Source: Nemertoderma westbladi (Eukaryota; Animalia; Xenacoelomorpha). Taken from it: a DNA stretch of 64,000 bases. Below, piece after piece: positions 38,101 to 48,972 of this stretch (position 1 is the stretch's first letter; every line of letters starts with the position of its first letter). The translations under genes and the position numbers were made by a program. Location of the stretch: positions 14,245 to 78,244 of the forward strand of contig JAUCBJ010005549.1 in assembly GCA_032718475.1 (NCBI GenBank), given 5' to 3'. The notes beneath the pieces were generated by a model, which was not told where the DNA came from, did no database searches, and saw only the letters and a program-made list of their open reading frames with translations.

Positions 38101-38204
38101 TTCTCCACTCCCAATATCCGGTGACTGGCCGGATACCATAAAGTGGTTTGAAAATTCCGCCTCCAGCATCGGCGTTTTCCCCCTTGGTGTCGGGAATAAC
38201 GGCA
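32173..38204 (+). mobile_element. Unclassified 6-kb element: inverted repeat copy, direct copy, orphan ORF, direct copy
   Basis: Repeat R at 32173-33070 (inverted), 33090-34025 and 37213-38204 (direct). The outer copies form ~900-bp TIRs starting tgccgttattcccgacac. GC-rich relative to the host intron. No clear TSD. Confidence 0.8.
34374..36731 (+). CDS. Orphan protein with Cys/His zinc-knuckle cluster (ORFs 34388-34828 and 34932-36731, probably one frameshifted gene)
   Basis: 599-aa open frame containing CSSCGSDQC...CPYCATPGHDVAVCPTLYSICKTGGFRGH...C and a basic C-terminus RRAKKRK. Preceded by a 146-aa ORF in another frame and acceptor taatttttaacag| at 34373. No RT, DDE, GIY-YIG or tyrosine recombinase motif recognised. 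Confidence 0.7.
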
Positions 38205-38638
38205 ACAAAAGTTATGATTTGGTTAATATAAGTCAGTATAATAATAAAACAAAATAAATGACAATGAAAATCACAATAACAATGAAACACCTTAATAAAC
38301 AAACTGCCCCTAATATTCCCCAAAATCGGGAAAAAATAGTTTTTTTCTCTGTAAAATATTGTCAACCCGTATGGTTTGAATTGATTTTACTTTGATTAGA
38401 TTAACATTCATGGTTCCTTGGTCATTTTTTGGCCATTCATTTTTTACATAATTTAACTTAATCTATATGATGGATCAATAGGGTTCAATTGATTTTACTT
38501 TGTTTATAAAGAAAAATCAAAAATACAAAATTTTTTGATGGAATTTATTAAATTTTATAGAAAAGCTTCAAAAAAATTAAAACTTTTTTGAGAAGTTTTT
38601 TTTCTCATGCAACAAATATTTATTTAATTTCATTCTAG

Positions 38639-38926
38639 TTAATTGGGCTGGTTTGTACAACTCACCGTGTCGTATTGGCGACATAAATCTCGGAGATGTT
38701 TCACTAATGGAACAGAAAGACATCCTCACTTTTACAGAATGCATGTCCAGATGTGGGGCGACAAATTGTATGGGCGTCGCCTGGGCCTGGTCTGAGGGAG
38801 ATCTACCTGCCACATTATGTTGGTTTGACCTTCAAACATATTCGAACACAAAACTAAGGGGCATAGTTTCAACACATAGAGACAATATAGCGTTCTTTGA
38901 GAAGAAAGGAAATATTGACTTACAAT
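38639..38926 (+). CDS. Exon 2, second PAN-like domain
   Basis: Acceptor atttcattctag|, phase 1. Encodes NWAGLYNSPC...TFTECMSRCGATNCMGVAW...LCWF. Donor T|gttagt at 38927, phase 1. Confidence 0.75.
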
Positions 38927-39019
38927 GTTAGTTATGTTGGGGGCGACACAACTGGGCAACTGTTCGAGTTCCAGATGTGCATAGTGTGATATGTATATGT
39001 GTATATGATCTTCGTTTAT

Positions 39020-39210
39020 TAGTAGTATTTGTGGTATTTTGCAGCTCCTGGTAGTTGTAGATTCTTTGCTTTCTGTATAAACCCTCTGATCTCTCGACTG
39101 AAACGATTTGCGGATGATGGTTTCATAAAAGCTCTTCACTTTCTTCTTCTGATGGATGACTCAGCTTTGTTAGCCACTACTCGTGCTCGAGCTTTAGAGA
39201 AATTGAACAT
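39020..39210 (+). mobile_element. Small degraded LINE RT fragment in intron
   Basis: LHFLLLMDDSALLATTRARALEKL resembles the RT xxDD core of non-LTR elements. Confidence 0.55.
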
Positions 39211-39394
39211 TAATTTTATGAAGAATTTAACATGTCCAAGACGAAGTTCGTGGTAGTACTCATGAGTAAACTATGTTATTTTAATTCTTAAATAGCTGCA
39301 TATGTATTGAAATTTTTGTTTATAGTTAGGCTTATTTGGAATTTATGATAAGATGTACCAGAAATCCTGCAACTAACTAACATATATATTTCAG

Positions 39395-40155
39395 GCATTT
39401 CTAAATGGCAGAAGTTAGATGGTTCACTTACATGGGTGAGTGCTGGCCAGGCTGGAGTTTGGGGTGTGGACTCGACTGGTCGTATTTTCTACAGAGAAGG
39501 GACATATGGATCCTGCAGTACTGGAACAAAATGGGTCATTATCGATGGTGGACTCGCCAATATTGCTGTTGGAAGCAATATTGTTTGGGGCGTTAATCTC
39601 CACTATCAGATTTTCTATCGAAGAGGAATCAGTCCTCAAAACCCAGCAGGTAATAATTGGCCAATGATTGCTGGTGGACTTAGCCGGATAACAGTAGATT
39701 CAACCAGTAATGGAGTCTGGGGTACCATCTATAACAAGGTTTACCAGAGAGTGGGTATAACTACCTCGACACCATCTGGAACATCTTGGTATGAAATCAT
39801 TGGCGCGAGCATGGCTGACATCAGCTTCGGAGCAGCAGGCCTGTGGGGTATCAACTTAGGATATGCTCCCTACTACATGCAAGGCACATTTGGTTCAAAT
39901 AACAATGTTGGTAGCTTTACAGGATGGGCAGCTGCAGATTGGCTAACAATTAGTTCTGGAGCAAATGGTGTTTTATGGGCAACAAAGACAAACCATGAAA
40001 TTTACACAGCCACAGTGGAAGAAGGGTATATAAACCCTGTTTGGGAACGTGTAGATGGGGAATTGGAGCAAGTGAGCGTCAGTGATTGGAATGGTGCAGT
40101 TTGGGGAGTGGATAGTGCTTCAAAAATATGGTTCAAAAATGGAGTATGTGACTAA
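39395..40155 (+). CDS. Terminal exon, tectonin/tachylectin-1 (fish-egg-lectin-like) beta-propeller
   Basis: Acceptor tatatttcag|, phase 1, in frame with ORF 39436-40155. Repeated WxxIxGxLxxIxVG...VWGVN/D blades (about six), then a stop. Confidence 0.92.
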
Positions 40156-40188
40156 AGGTTAGTACAATTTATACAGAGAATTGTAATG

Positions 40189-40535
40189 TATGGTGGCCCT
40201 GAGCGGCCAAAAGTTTGTTTTTTGTAATCTTTTTTTTTTGTTCACCCGACTTTTGTAAACTCGTTCGAACGACTTTACAAAACTCGAGAAAACAAATCTA
40301 ATTGGCTGGAGTGGTTTCTATACCAACAAACATCCAATCAAGTTTGTTTCCCCGACTTTTGCAAACTCGTTCGAACGACTTTGCAAAACTCAGGAAAACA
40401 AAAGTTTGTTCTTTGTAATCTTTTTTTTTTGTTCACCCGACTTTTGTAAACTCGTTCGAACGAGTTTACAAAAGTCGGGTGAACAAAAAAAAAAGATTAC
40501 AAAAAACAAACTTTTGGCCGCTCAGGGCCACCATA
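40189..40535. mobile_element. Palindromic MITE with TATGG termini and 6-bp TSD (IS3EU-like) just after the lectin stop codon
   Basis: tatggtggccctgagcggccaaaagtttg...caaacttttggccgctcagggccaccata, with GTAATG duplicated at 40183-40188 and 40536-40541. Confidence 0.85.
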
Positions 40536-40808
40536 GTAATGTAATAAGTTTGATGGTCGTGATTATTGTACTGCAGTATTATTATGAGATCGTAATAAAT
40601 GTTAATAAGAACACAAGATAAGTTAACATACCGGATTTGCAACAAAAATGTAAATTCGTATGATTATAGTATAATCTTACAGTGACTGAAGTTAAGTATA
40701 TTAAACTAAATAAAACACTATATGTATGGTGGTGATTATCGGCTGGTACTGAAGTGTAGTGCTGTGGGACCCAGCAACATAGCGCCCCCTACCGGGGGAC
40801 CCAACAAT

Positions 40809-41447
40809 TGTGACGGGATCAGGGATCCCGACCGGGTTGTTATAGTACGCGTCACCGTTCTGCTTGGGGATCGTGCTAACAGCTTTGGCCGAGGCCGTAG
40901 GGGAAAAACAATAAGAGTTTGATGTTGTCTTTCGATATTAGTAAAATACAATCGGTGATATCACAATATAATAAAACGCAGAAATACAGATAAATAGTTA
41001 CCGGTATGGCGGTGTCGGTCAATAACTATGGCCGGTCTGCCCTAAACTGAATAACACATCTGATACACCAATCTAACATTCTGAGATAATATATGATTAA
41101 TGCATTGAATATTGCTTCACCTCTTACTCTACTTTGGCCTTCTACCAAAATGGATGCTGTCCTGTTCCCTATCACGTGCTTCCCTCCCTTCTATTGGCTA
41201 ATATACTACTTGTCACCTTGGCACTCTTTGGGAGTGTTTCGCCCGCACTAACTGTGCTCCCTCCGAGGTGGTTTGACCTCTAACCTTCCTTTCTGTGTGG
41301 CTTCGGGGCTTGTGTCGCCCCCCCCCCCCCCCAATGTTGGTTATGATACGAGATTAATATTGGTAATCTCGTATCCCCAACATATTGCTAAAATGCCACT
41401 AGTCCCATTTTCTGGTGGGTAATGAAGTGGAATTGAATCCGCTTACA
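40809..41447 (-). mobile_element. Solo LTR related to the LTRs of element A, inverted
   Basis: Ends tgtgacgggatc...gaattgaatccgcttaca are the reverse complement of the ends of 17509-18158. TSD ACAAT at 40804-40808 and 41448-41452. Confidence 0.9.
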
Positions 41448-42069
41448 ACAATATAGCGCACCCTAAAGGAGTGTTAGCTTATCCAATTCCGCTAACATGA
41501 ACCCACAGAGTGAGCCATAAAGCAATATTGGGAGCACGAGGTTGATTACCAATCAACCTCGTGTCAGCCCAGTAAACGGGGACAATAGGCCCCAAAGGAG
41601 ACACACACAATAAGGGTCAGGGGCCAAACCCCTAACCGAGAGAGAACACAGGGAGTGAAGGGAAACACTCCAAAGGGTGCCAACAGGGATATCAACCAAT
41701 CAGAGGGGGGCAAGGCATCGATTGAGTAGCAATAAGGCCACCGTGCAATATAACCAGTTACCAGTAATCATACCGGTCAGTTATTCAGTTTACTCAATCA
41801 GATCAGTAGGGTGGAACGGGGACTTCTGTCACCGTCCGCTACCGCCATTATATATTACCTATTGTGTCATACTATATTATATCAACTGTCAGACTATTAT
41901 ACCTTTATACATATTACCCAACATCAGAACTCTTTTACCTTTCACACACGGCGGGGACGCGTGGGCAGAAAACCCAAACGGATAAACCGGGATCCGTAGA
42001 TCCCGTCACAGTGACAGAACTAGATCCGCCCAGCTGCCCTGACAGTGATAGACTGACACCAAAGGCGAG

Positions 42070-45000
42070 ATGAGTCGAGAGAAAGGAACGACACCGCCGC
42101 GGACCCCGGACGACGATCTAACGATCCGCGAGGCCACGGCGAGACGATACGAACCCACGACGCCGGTCGATGCTACGCCGACCACGTCGACGCAGGTTGA
42201 CGCCACGTCGATAACGAGCAACACGGCGAACCAAGGTGTGGGGGGTCGTCTACCAGGAGAGAGCGAGTCGAGTAGAGGAGACGAGTCGGGAGGAGAAGAG
42301 AAAGACGAGTCGACGCGGAGCGAGGGTCGACGAACCGATGTCGCCGGTCCGCCACAGGCCGAGGACGACGAACGGTCCACCGGAACGGCGACGGTGGGGC
42401 CGTCGGTACGACGTCGGACCCGGAGAGACAGAGGAGAGGTCGGCGACGAGGACGTCGGGGTTTCTGATCGACTTCGACGGGCCTACAACGCGACCCGGGA
42501 ACTACTAAAGGAGGCCAAGGAGGGGGCGAGAATAGACGAGGTCAGGATGACAAAGGGACTAGGTGAGTCGGACAGATACTTTGATCACCTAGTGTGTTCT
42601 GGGCAGAGAGAACTAGCAGAGTTGAGGGCGTGGGGAGTTGCCTTCGAACTGTTTAAACTGTGGGAATGTGGGGGTATGGAACCTAGTGTAGTGTACATAG
42701 GGCCATACTTAGTCGATGCCAGGGAAGTTAAGTTAGTGGGTTGGAAGAGACCTGGGGAGGGCGAATCCGAGGTTAACTCCGAGGATTCGGTCTCGTCGGT
42801 CGGAGGAAGTTCCGGGAGGCGGGGGAAAGTTAGTGGGACGGAGGGGCGGCGGGAGTCCGTCGCAACCGATAAGTCTGCTACATCCTCCGCAAAAGAAAGA
42901 AGGGTGCGAGAGAGTGAACGCGTGGCGTATAAATTAGAAAAGGTTGCGACAGAGCAGAATGAGTTAGAGTGGCAATTGAGAGAGGAAACCGCATTCTCAG
43001 AGAAGGTAGGAGGCTTGGAGAGGGAGTGTAGAGAGAAGGCCGAGGAGTATAGAGAGAGGGCCAAGGAGTGTAGAGAGCTAGAGATGGGTGTAGAGAGCGA
43101 GCAGTTTGAGATGCTTGCGAGAGGGGCAGAGTTGACCGAGCAGAATATGCGAGAGAAGGGGATAAAGGATGAGCGCAGGCGGGATGATTTGCGTGCTCAG
43201 CTAGGGAGGCTTGCGCAATATCAAGCCAAACTTAAACGGCGCCGACTAGAACTGGCGCGGTTGGAAATGTCAGAGAGTGAGACCCCACTTACAAGCACCG
43301 GGCGAGAGAACCAGAACTGGTGTAGCCGTACGGGCGGGGGGGGTAGTAGTAGTACGTTAGAGACAGTTAATGTTAATAGTACCGTAGTAGATAACCATAA
43401 TCCCTTTATTACAGGAAATAATATTTTACCGGGTAGTAGTAATTTAAATTTAAATACAAATATCCTAAATAATAATTTCAATTCAAACCCGCAAAATAAT
43501 TCGAATAATAATTTAAGTTTAGAGAATAGTAGTGATCTAAGTAATTTAAATAATTTAAATAATAATCTCGTTTCAAATTCTAATAATTTAATTGATTTAA
43601 CAAATAATATTGGGAATGGTGCTATTAATATGAGCGTGTCGGACGTACATAACCCGGCAGACGGTGGCCTGGTAGGCCACGTAGTTAGTAGGCAGGAAGT
43701 GGCAGGGTTGAGCCAACCCGACGGCGGCCTGGTAGGCCACGTAGTTGGTAGGCAGGAGGTAGCGGGGTTGAGCCAACCCAAGGTGGGCCTGATGGGCCAC
43801 GCAGTAGTAGAGAGAGAGGCAGGGGTGAATAGACCCAGCCGTAGTAGAGACAGTGCGTCGACTAGAGAGGGGTGTAGAGACGAAGTAAGAGATATTGAAG
43901 TTAGATGTGGCGGGTGGGGGGGGGCTACGGGCGCCCCACCACATAAGATTAGTGGCGAGAGAGGGGGGGCAGAGAATGCCCCACAAGAGGGGTATAGAAG
44001 TGTAGTAAGAAATAGTGAAGTTAGAAGTGGCGGGTGGGGGGGGGCTGCGGGCACCCCACCGCGAGAGATTAGTAGAGAGAGAGGGGGGGCAGGGAGTGTC
44101 CCACAGCCGTCAGCGGATAATGCGAGGGCCGAAATAGGTAAACCGCAACAACCGGCGACGGAGAGTAATAGGGGGATTGCGAGTATCCCCAGCGGCGTGC
44201 GATCGAGCAGAGAGAAGCAGGTTGACGTCGCGAGAGGGCAGACGAAGCGTCGAGCCCGACCAGAAGAGGGAAGAAGAACAGTGGAGTTTAACCGGGAGGT
44301 CGACGAGAGACCTCACGAGCCGGAATACTACACAGAAAAGAGAAGAAGAGAAGATAGTAGAAGAAGTGTCGCCACGAACGATAGCAGTGCGAGGACGGAT
44401 AACGGACCGTCGATAGTAGAGATGGAGTCAGGGAGCCAGTGGGGTCGAACTTCGGGAGATTGCCGTCGCCCCGGAGAAACGCACCGCACGCCAGGAAGGG
44501 GGTACAGGACGTACCAATACGAAGAAGAGAACAGGAGAGGGGATCGAGGGGAAACTTCCCGACGGGATATAGCTGCCGATCGAGAGTGCAGTAGTCGCGG
44601 GGAGATTCGAGATTCGCGAAGAATAAACTTCGGTTCGGAAGGGCACATGCAGACTGCAGGACATACTGTAGGCCTTACTGCACATACTATTATAGGCCAT
44701 GCTGAGAGAGATAGAGTAGGCGATGGGGTAGCGCGAACGACGGGATTAAACCCGGAAGTCGCGGAGTACATACCGGTAGGTAGGCAAGAGGTAGGTAGGC
44801 CTGTATCGGTACAGCAGCATGACTATAATAATACACAGGGACATAACATATATCCAGGGGAGGGGGGAGTTATTGGAGATAGACGTATGGGCCCCAATGT
44901 ATTAACATCAACCCCAGTACCAAACAAACCGGCTGGGGGGGGACAGGGTGACATTCCCCCATCACAATATCGACAATATACCCCGATAGGAGCGAGAATA

Positions 45001-45780
45001 TCGAACTCCCTGGACGAGAGCAGGTCGTGCGGACAGTCACCACCACACGCGGCCATACAGGGGACTGCTAGTCCACAGTTAGGTGGTAGCAGGGCCACAC
45101 CGTGGCAGGGACAGAAAGAAAATAACACCAAAAATAAACACAATCCCAATATACCCAGTAGGCCGAGTCTAGACAACCAAAACATTAAATCGGTACATAT
45201 AAACCTAAGCGCGATACGTGAAGGACTATACAGGAAACGCTATAATCCAGGATTCCAATGTCAATTACATCGGGACGGAACCCATAAGACCAGGAGTTGC
45301 AAGTACTGGCAAGCGTTGCCCAAACGAGATCGTGTAGCCTACACAGACGCAAACGGACTATGTCATTGATGTGTGGTAAAAGGACACAGATCCGGAGAGT
45401 GTTGGAAAGGGAGACGATGTGAAAGGACTATGAGCAAACATAAGGGAGTCGGGAAAGTGGAAGGAGGCGTGTTGCATACACACGCAGGACGGACACAGTG
45501 CGAGGGGGCATTGCACGGGCAGACACCGCGTATACCGAGGGACGAGCGGGGGTCGTCGAGGGCCCTAATGCCAGCGCACATACGAAGGGGGAGGCCAGTA
45601 AAGGTGGCACCGAAGAGAGTGTGGCGAAGAGCTAGAGGACGTATAGGAGGGCAGCAGGAGAGTGCCTACCGGAAGAAGGGGCACGTGAGAGTTTTTAGTC
45701 GTCCAAAGTTTTGGACTGAGGGGGGTGGGAATGAGGGCGAGACGCCCTTCCCACGCACAAAATATAAAATAATTATTTAA
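42070..45780 (+). CDS. Gag-derived low-complexity protein (1099 aa to TGA at 45367; same frame continues to 45780)
   Basis: Coiled-coil segment, Asn-rich segment and terminal zinc knuckles CQLHRDGTHKTRSC and LCH*CVVKGHRSGEC. The stop corresponds to CGA in element A (tgtcatcgatgc). Confidence 0.75.
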
Positions 45781-45829
45781 TTAAAATTAAGAAAATAATT
45801 AAATAATAGAGTAGGTAGAAGCTAGGTAG

Positions 45830-47470
45830 TAAGGGTTAGTTAGTTAGTCAGTTAGTTAGTTAGTTAAAGAGGGCACGTAAGTACCGCTAGTTAGAGAGTT
45901 AGTAGGTACGTAGTACCTAATCAGAGTTAGAGTTAGTAGGTACGTAATACCTAGTCAGAGTTAGAGTTAGAGGGTAGGTAGTACCGATAGAGTTAGAGTT
46001 AGTAGGTACGTAGTACCTAGTTAGAGTTAGAGTTAGTAGGTACGTAGTACCTAGAGTTAGAGAGTTAGTAGGTACGTAGTACCTAGAGTTAGTTAGAGAG
46101 TCAGTAGGTACGTAGTACCTAGTTAGAGTAAGAGTTAGTAGGTACGTAGTACCTAGAGTTAGTTAGAGAGTCAGTAGGTACGTAGTACCTAGTTAGAGTT
46201 AGAGGGTACGTAGTACCTAGTTAGAGAGCTAGTAGGTACGTAGTACCTAGTTAGAGTTAGAGTTAGAGGGTACGTAGTACCTAGTTAGAGAGTTAGTAGA
46301 TACGTAGTACCTAGTTAGAGTTAGAGTTAGAAGGTACGTAGTACCTAGTTAGAGTTAGAGGGTACGTAGTACCGTCAGTTAGTGGAGCTGGAGTAGTGAG
46401 AGGGTACGTAGTACCGCTAGTTAGAGTAAGAGTTAGAGGGTACGTAGTACCGTTAGTAGAGAGTTAGCAGAGTAGAGTTAGTAGTAGAATGGTTGTGGGC
46501 ACCGTAAGCGCCACATAGAAAGTAGTAGCAGTAGAGGGTTGTGGGCACCGTAAGCGCCACGTAGTTAGAGTTAGTAGGGAATGCGCTGAACTTAGTGGGG
46601 CACGGGCGTGATGATGTGTGTGATGTAAGAGCAGGGTATGTTAATTAGAGTTAGTGGGAGTTAGAGGTTAGTAAGAGGGTACGTAGTAGTACCGGTTGTG
46701 GTTGTGGGCACCGTTAGCGCCACGTAGATAGAGGTAGAGTTAGTAAGAGGGTACGTAGTACCGGTTGTGGTTGTGGGCACCGTTAGCGCCACGTAGAGAG
46801 TTAGTAGAGTTAGAAGGTGCCGTGCACAAGAGGTGCCGGGCACAAAAAGAGTTAGTAGAGTTAGAAGAGAGTTAGTAGAGTCAGTAGTAGTTCACATAAT
46901 TAACGTACCCACTCTGCCGGCACTCAGAGCGTCACGTGTAGGCGATGAGACGTAAAGGGGATGTAGAGGAGTAGAGACGGGCACATAGGGTGCCAGAGAG
47001 TAGAAGAGTAGAGACGGGCACATAGGGTGCCAGGTAGTAGAGTTAAAGAGGTAGTGTAGTAGAGAGGGCACATAGGGTGCCAGGTAGTAGAGTAGAGCAG
47101 AGAGGGCACATAGGGTGCCAGGTAGTAGAGTTAGAAGAGTGAGTGGAGTTAGTAGAGCTAGTTAGTAGAGTTAGCAGAGCTAGTGGAGTAGAGTTAGCAG
47201 AGCTAGTGGAGTAGAGTTAGCAGAGCTAGTGGAGTAGAGTTAGCAGAGCTAGTGGAGTAGAGTTAGTAGAGCTAGTTAAGCAGAGTTGGTTGACTCAGAG
47301 GAGTCAAGTAGAGTTAGTAGAAGTAGAAAGTTAGTAGGAGTTAGTTAGACTTAGTAGAGAGTTAGAGTCAGTAGAAAGTTAGAGGCTCTCAGTTAGAGCT
47401 AGAAGTAGTAAGAGTTAGTAGTTAGCAGAGTTAGTTAGATAGTTAGAGTTAGTAAGCAGTAGGTAGATAG
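45830..47470. repeat. Compound purine-rich tandem repeats inside element B
   Basis: Arrays of agttagtaggtacgtagtacct, gttgtgggcaccgt(t/a)agcgccacgtag, gggcacatagggtgccag and gagttagcagagctagtggagta, with strong A/G strand bias. Confidence 0.9.
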
Positions 47471-48497
47471 TATGATAGCACAGGGGTAACATTAGAGATT
47501 AAAGCCTTAGGTAGTGACAAGAGAGTGGAGAGGTAATAGTGCGGAGTGCGAAGAGAGCGTGGGCGCAATTCAAGTGTGGGGGAGGAGAAGTGAGAGGAAG
47601 AGTGTGGGACGAGGAGGTCCGGGGGTATGCGAGAGTTGGAGTAGAGTGGTGAGAGTGTTGGGGAAACAAAAATTGTGTGAGAGAAGCGCACGATCGGCCC
47701 GACATGAGACGCCAGAGGGTAGTGACATCATACCCATAGGGAGCGGCCTGGAAAGCCGACTCCGAAAAAATATACCCACCCCACACCCGATGCTAGATCG
47801 GGATCCAGCGGAATTGTAGCGCACTTGAGTTGGATGCTATCTTCTTACCGGGAAGATAGCATGGGGGGGAGTGTTAGCTTATCCAATTCCGCTAACATGA
47901 ACCCACAGAGTGAGCCATAAAGCAATATTGGGAGCACGAGGTTGATTACCAATCAACCTCGTGTCAGCCCAGTAAACGGGGACAATAGGCCCCAAAGGAG
48001 ACACACACAATAAGGGTCAGGGGCCAAACCCCTAACCGAGAGAGAACACAGGGAGTGAAGGGAAACACTCCAAAGGGTGCCAACAGGGATATCAACCAAT
48101 CAGAGGGGGGCAAGGCATCGATTGAGTAGCAATAAGGCCACCGTGCAATATAACCAGTTACCAGTAATCATACCGGTCAGTTATTCAGTTTACTCAATCA
48201 GATCAGTAGGGTGGAACGGGGACTTCTGTCACCGTCCGCTACCGCCATTATATATTACCTATTGTGTCATACTATATTATATCAACTGTCAGACTATTAT
48301 ACCTTTATACATATTACCCAACATCAGAACTCTTTTACCTTTCACACACGGCGGGGACGCGTGGGCAGAAAACCCAAACGGATAAACCGGGATCCGTAGA
48401 TCCCGTCACAAGGAGGACCCAGCAACATAGCGCCTCCAGATCTTACGGTCAGCCATACACAGTGCCGGGGAACCCAGCAAAAAGGCGCCCCAGATCT

Positions 48498-48818
48498 CTA
48501 CTACTAGGATCGACATGCTGCATTGAAACTGCATTTTTAAGAACGCTGCGCCGGCTTGTCGACAAAATTGCGCCGCCACAACTCCCTATCACCCATGACA
48601 TTTGCTAGATAATCCGCATATTCAAGGCCAGTGTCCTTTAAGATGCGTCTCAAGAAAGTCATGGGCTGTCCACCATGCTTATTCACTCCATGAGGCTGCC
48701 AAAGTACAAGATTATGCACTGGCTGGTCCTCACGGCGAAAGCAATGTCCTGCAAAGCGGAGGCGATTTTGTTCTAGTGTCAAGCTTGGGGGAACCAATGA
48801 GACACCTCCAATGTTATA
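48498..48818 (-). mobile_element. RTE LINE 3' fragment with (TAG)n tail
   Basis: Near-identical to 18442-18765 (VPPSLTLEQNRLRFAGHCFRREDQPVHNLVLWQP). Confidence 0.9.
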
Positions 48819-48972
48819 TTGTGTATAACTTTGTCAAACTTGTGTATAATAGATTTGATATAGTTATATACTTTTAGTAAACTGTTTTTTAGATGTTTTT
48901 TTTAATTATTATATTCTGTTATATAATATTAAAAAAAACTAATTTGATTGATTGACAGAGACTAACACGTTG

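Larger units (their letters stand above)
41472..48410 (+). mobile_element. Young RT-less BEL/Pao-derived LTR element (copy B)
   Basis: 539-bp LTRs at 41472-42010 and 47872-48410 appear identical by eye and give identical ORF translations. TSD AGGAG at 41467-41471 and 48411-48415. PPT gggggggag. Internal region homologous to element A. Confidence 0.95.

Noticed and set aside
43221-44054. 277-aa antisense ORF in element B
   Set aside because: Shadow frame of the long sense ORF in compositionally biased sequence.
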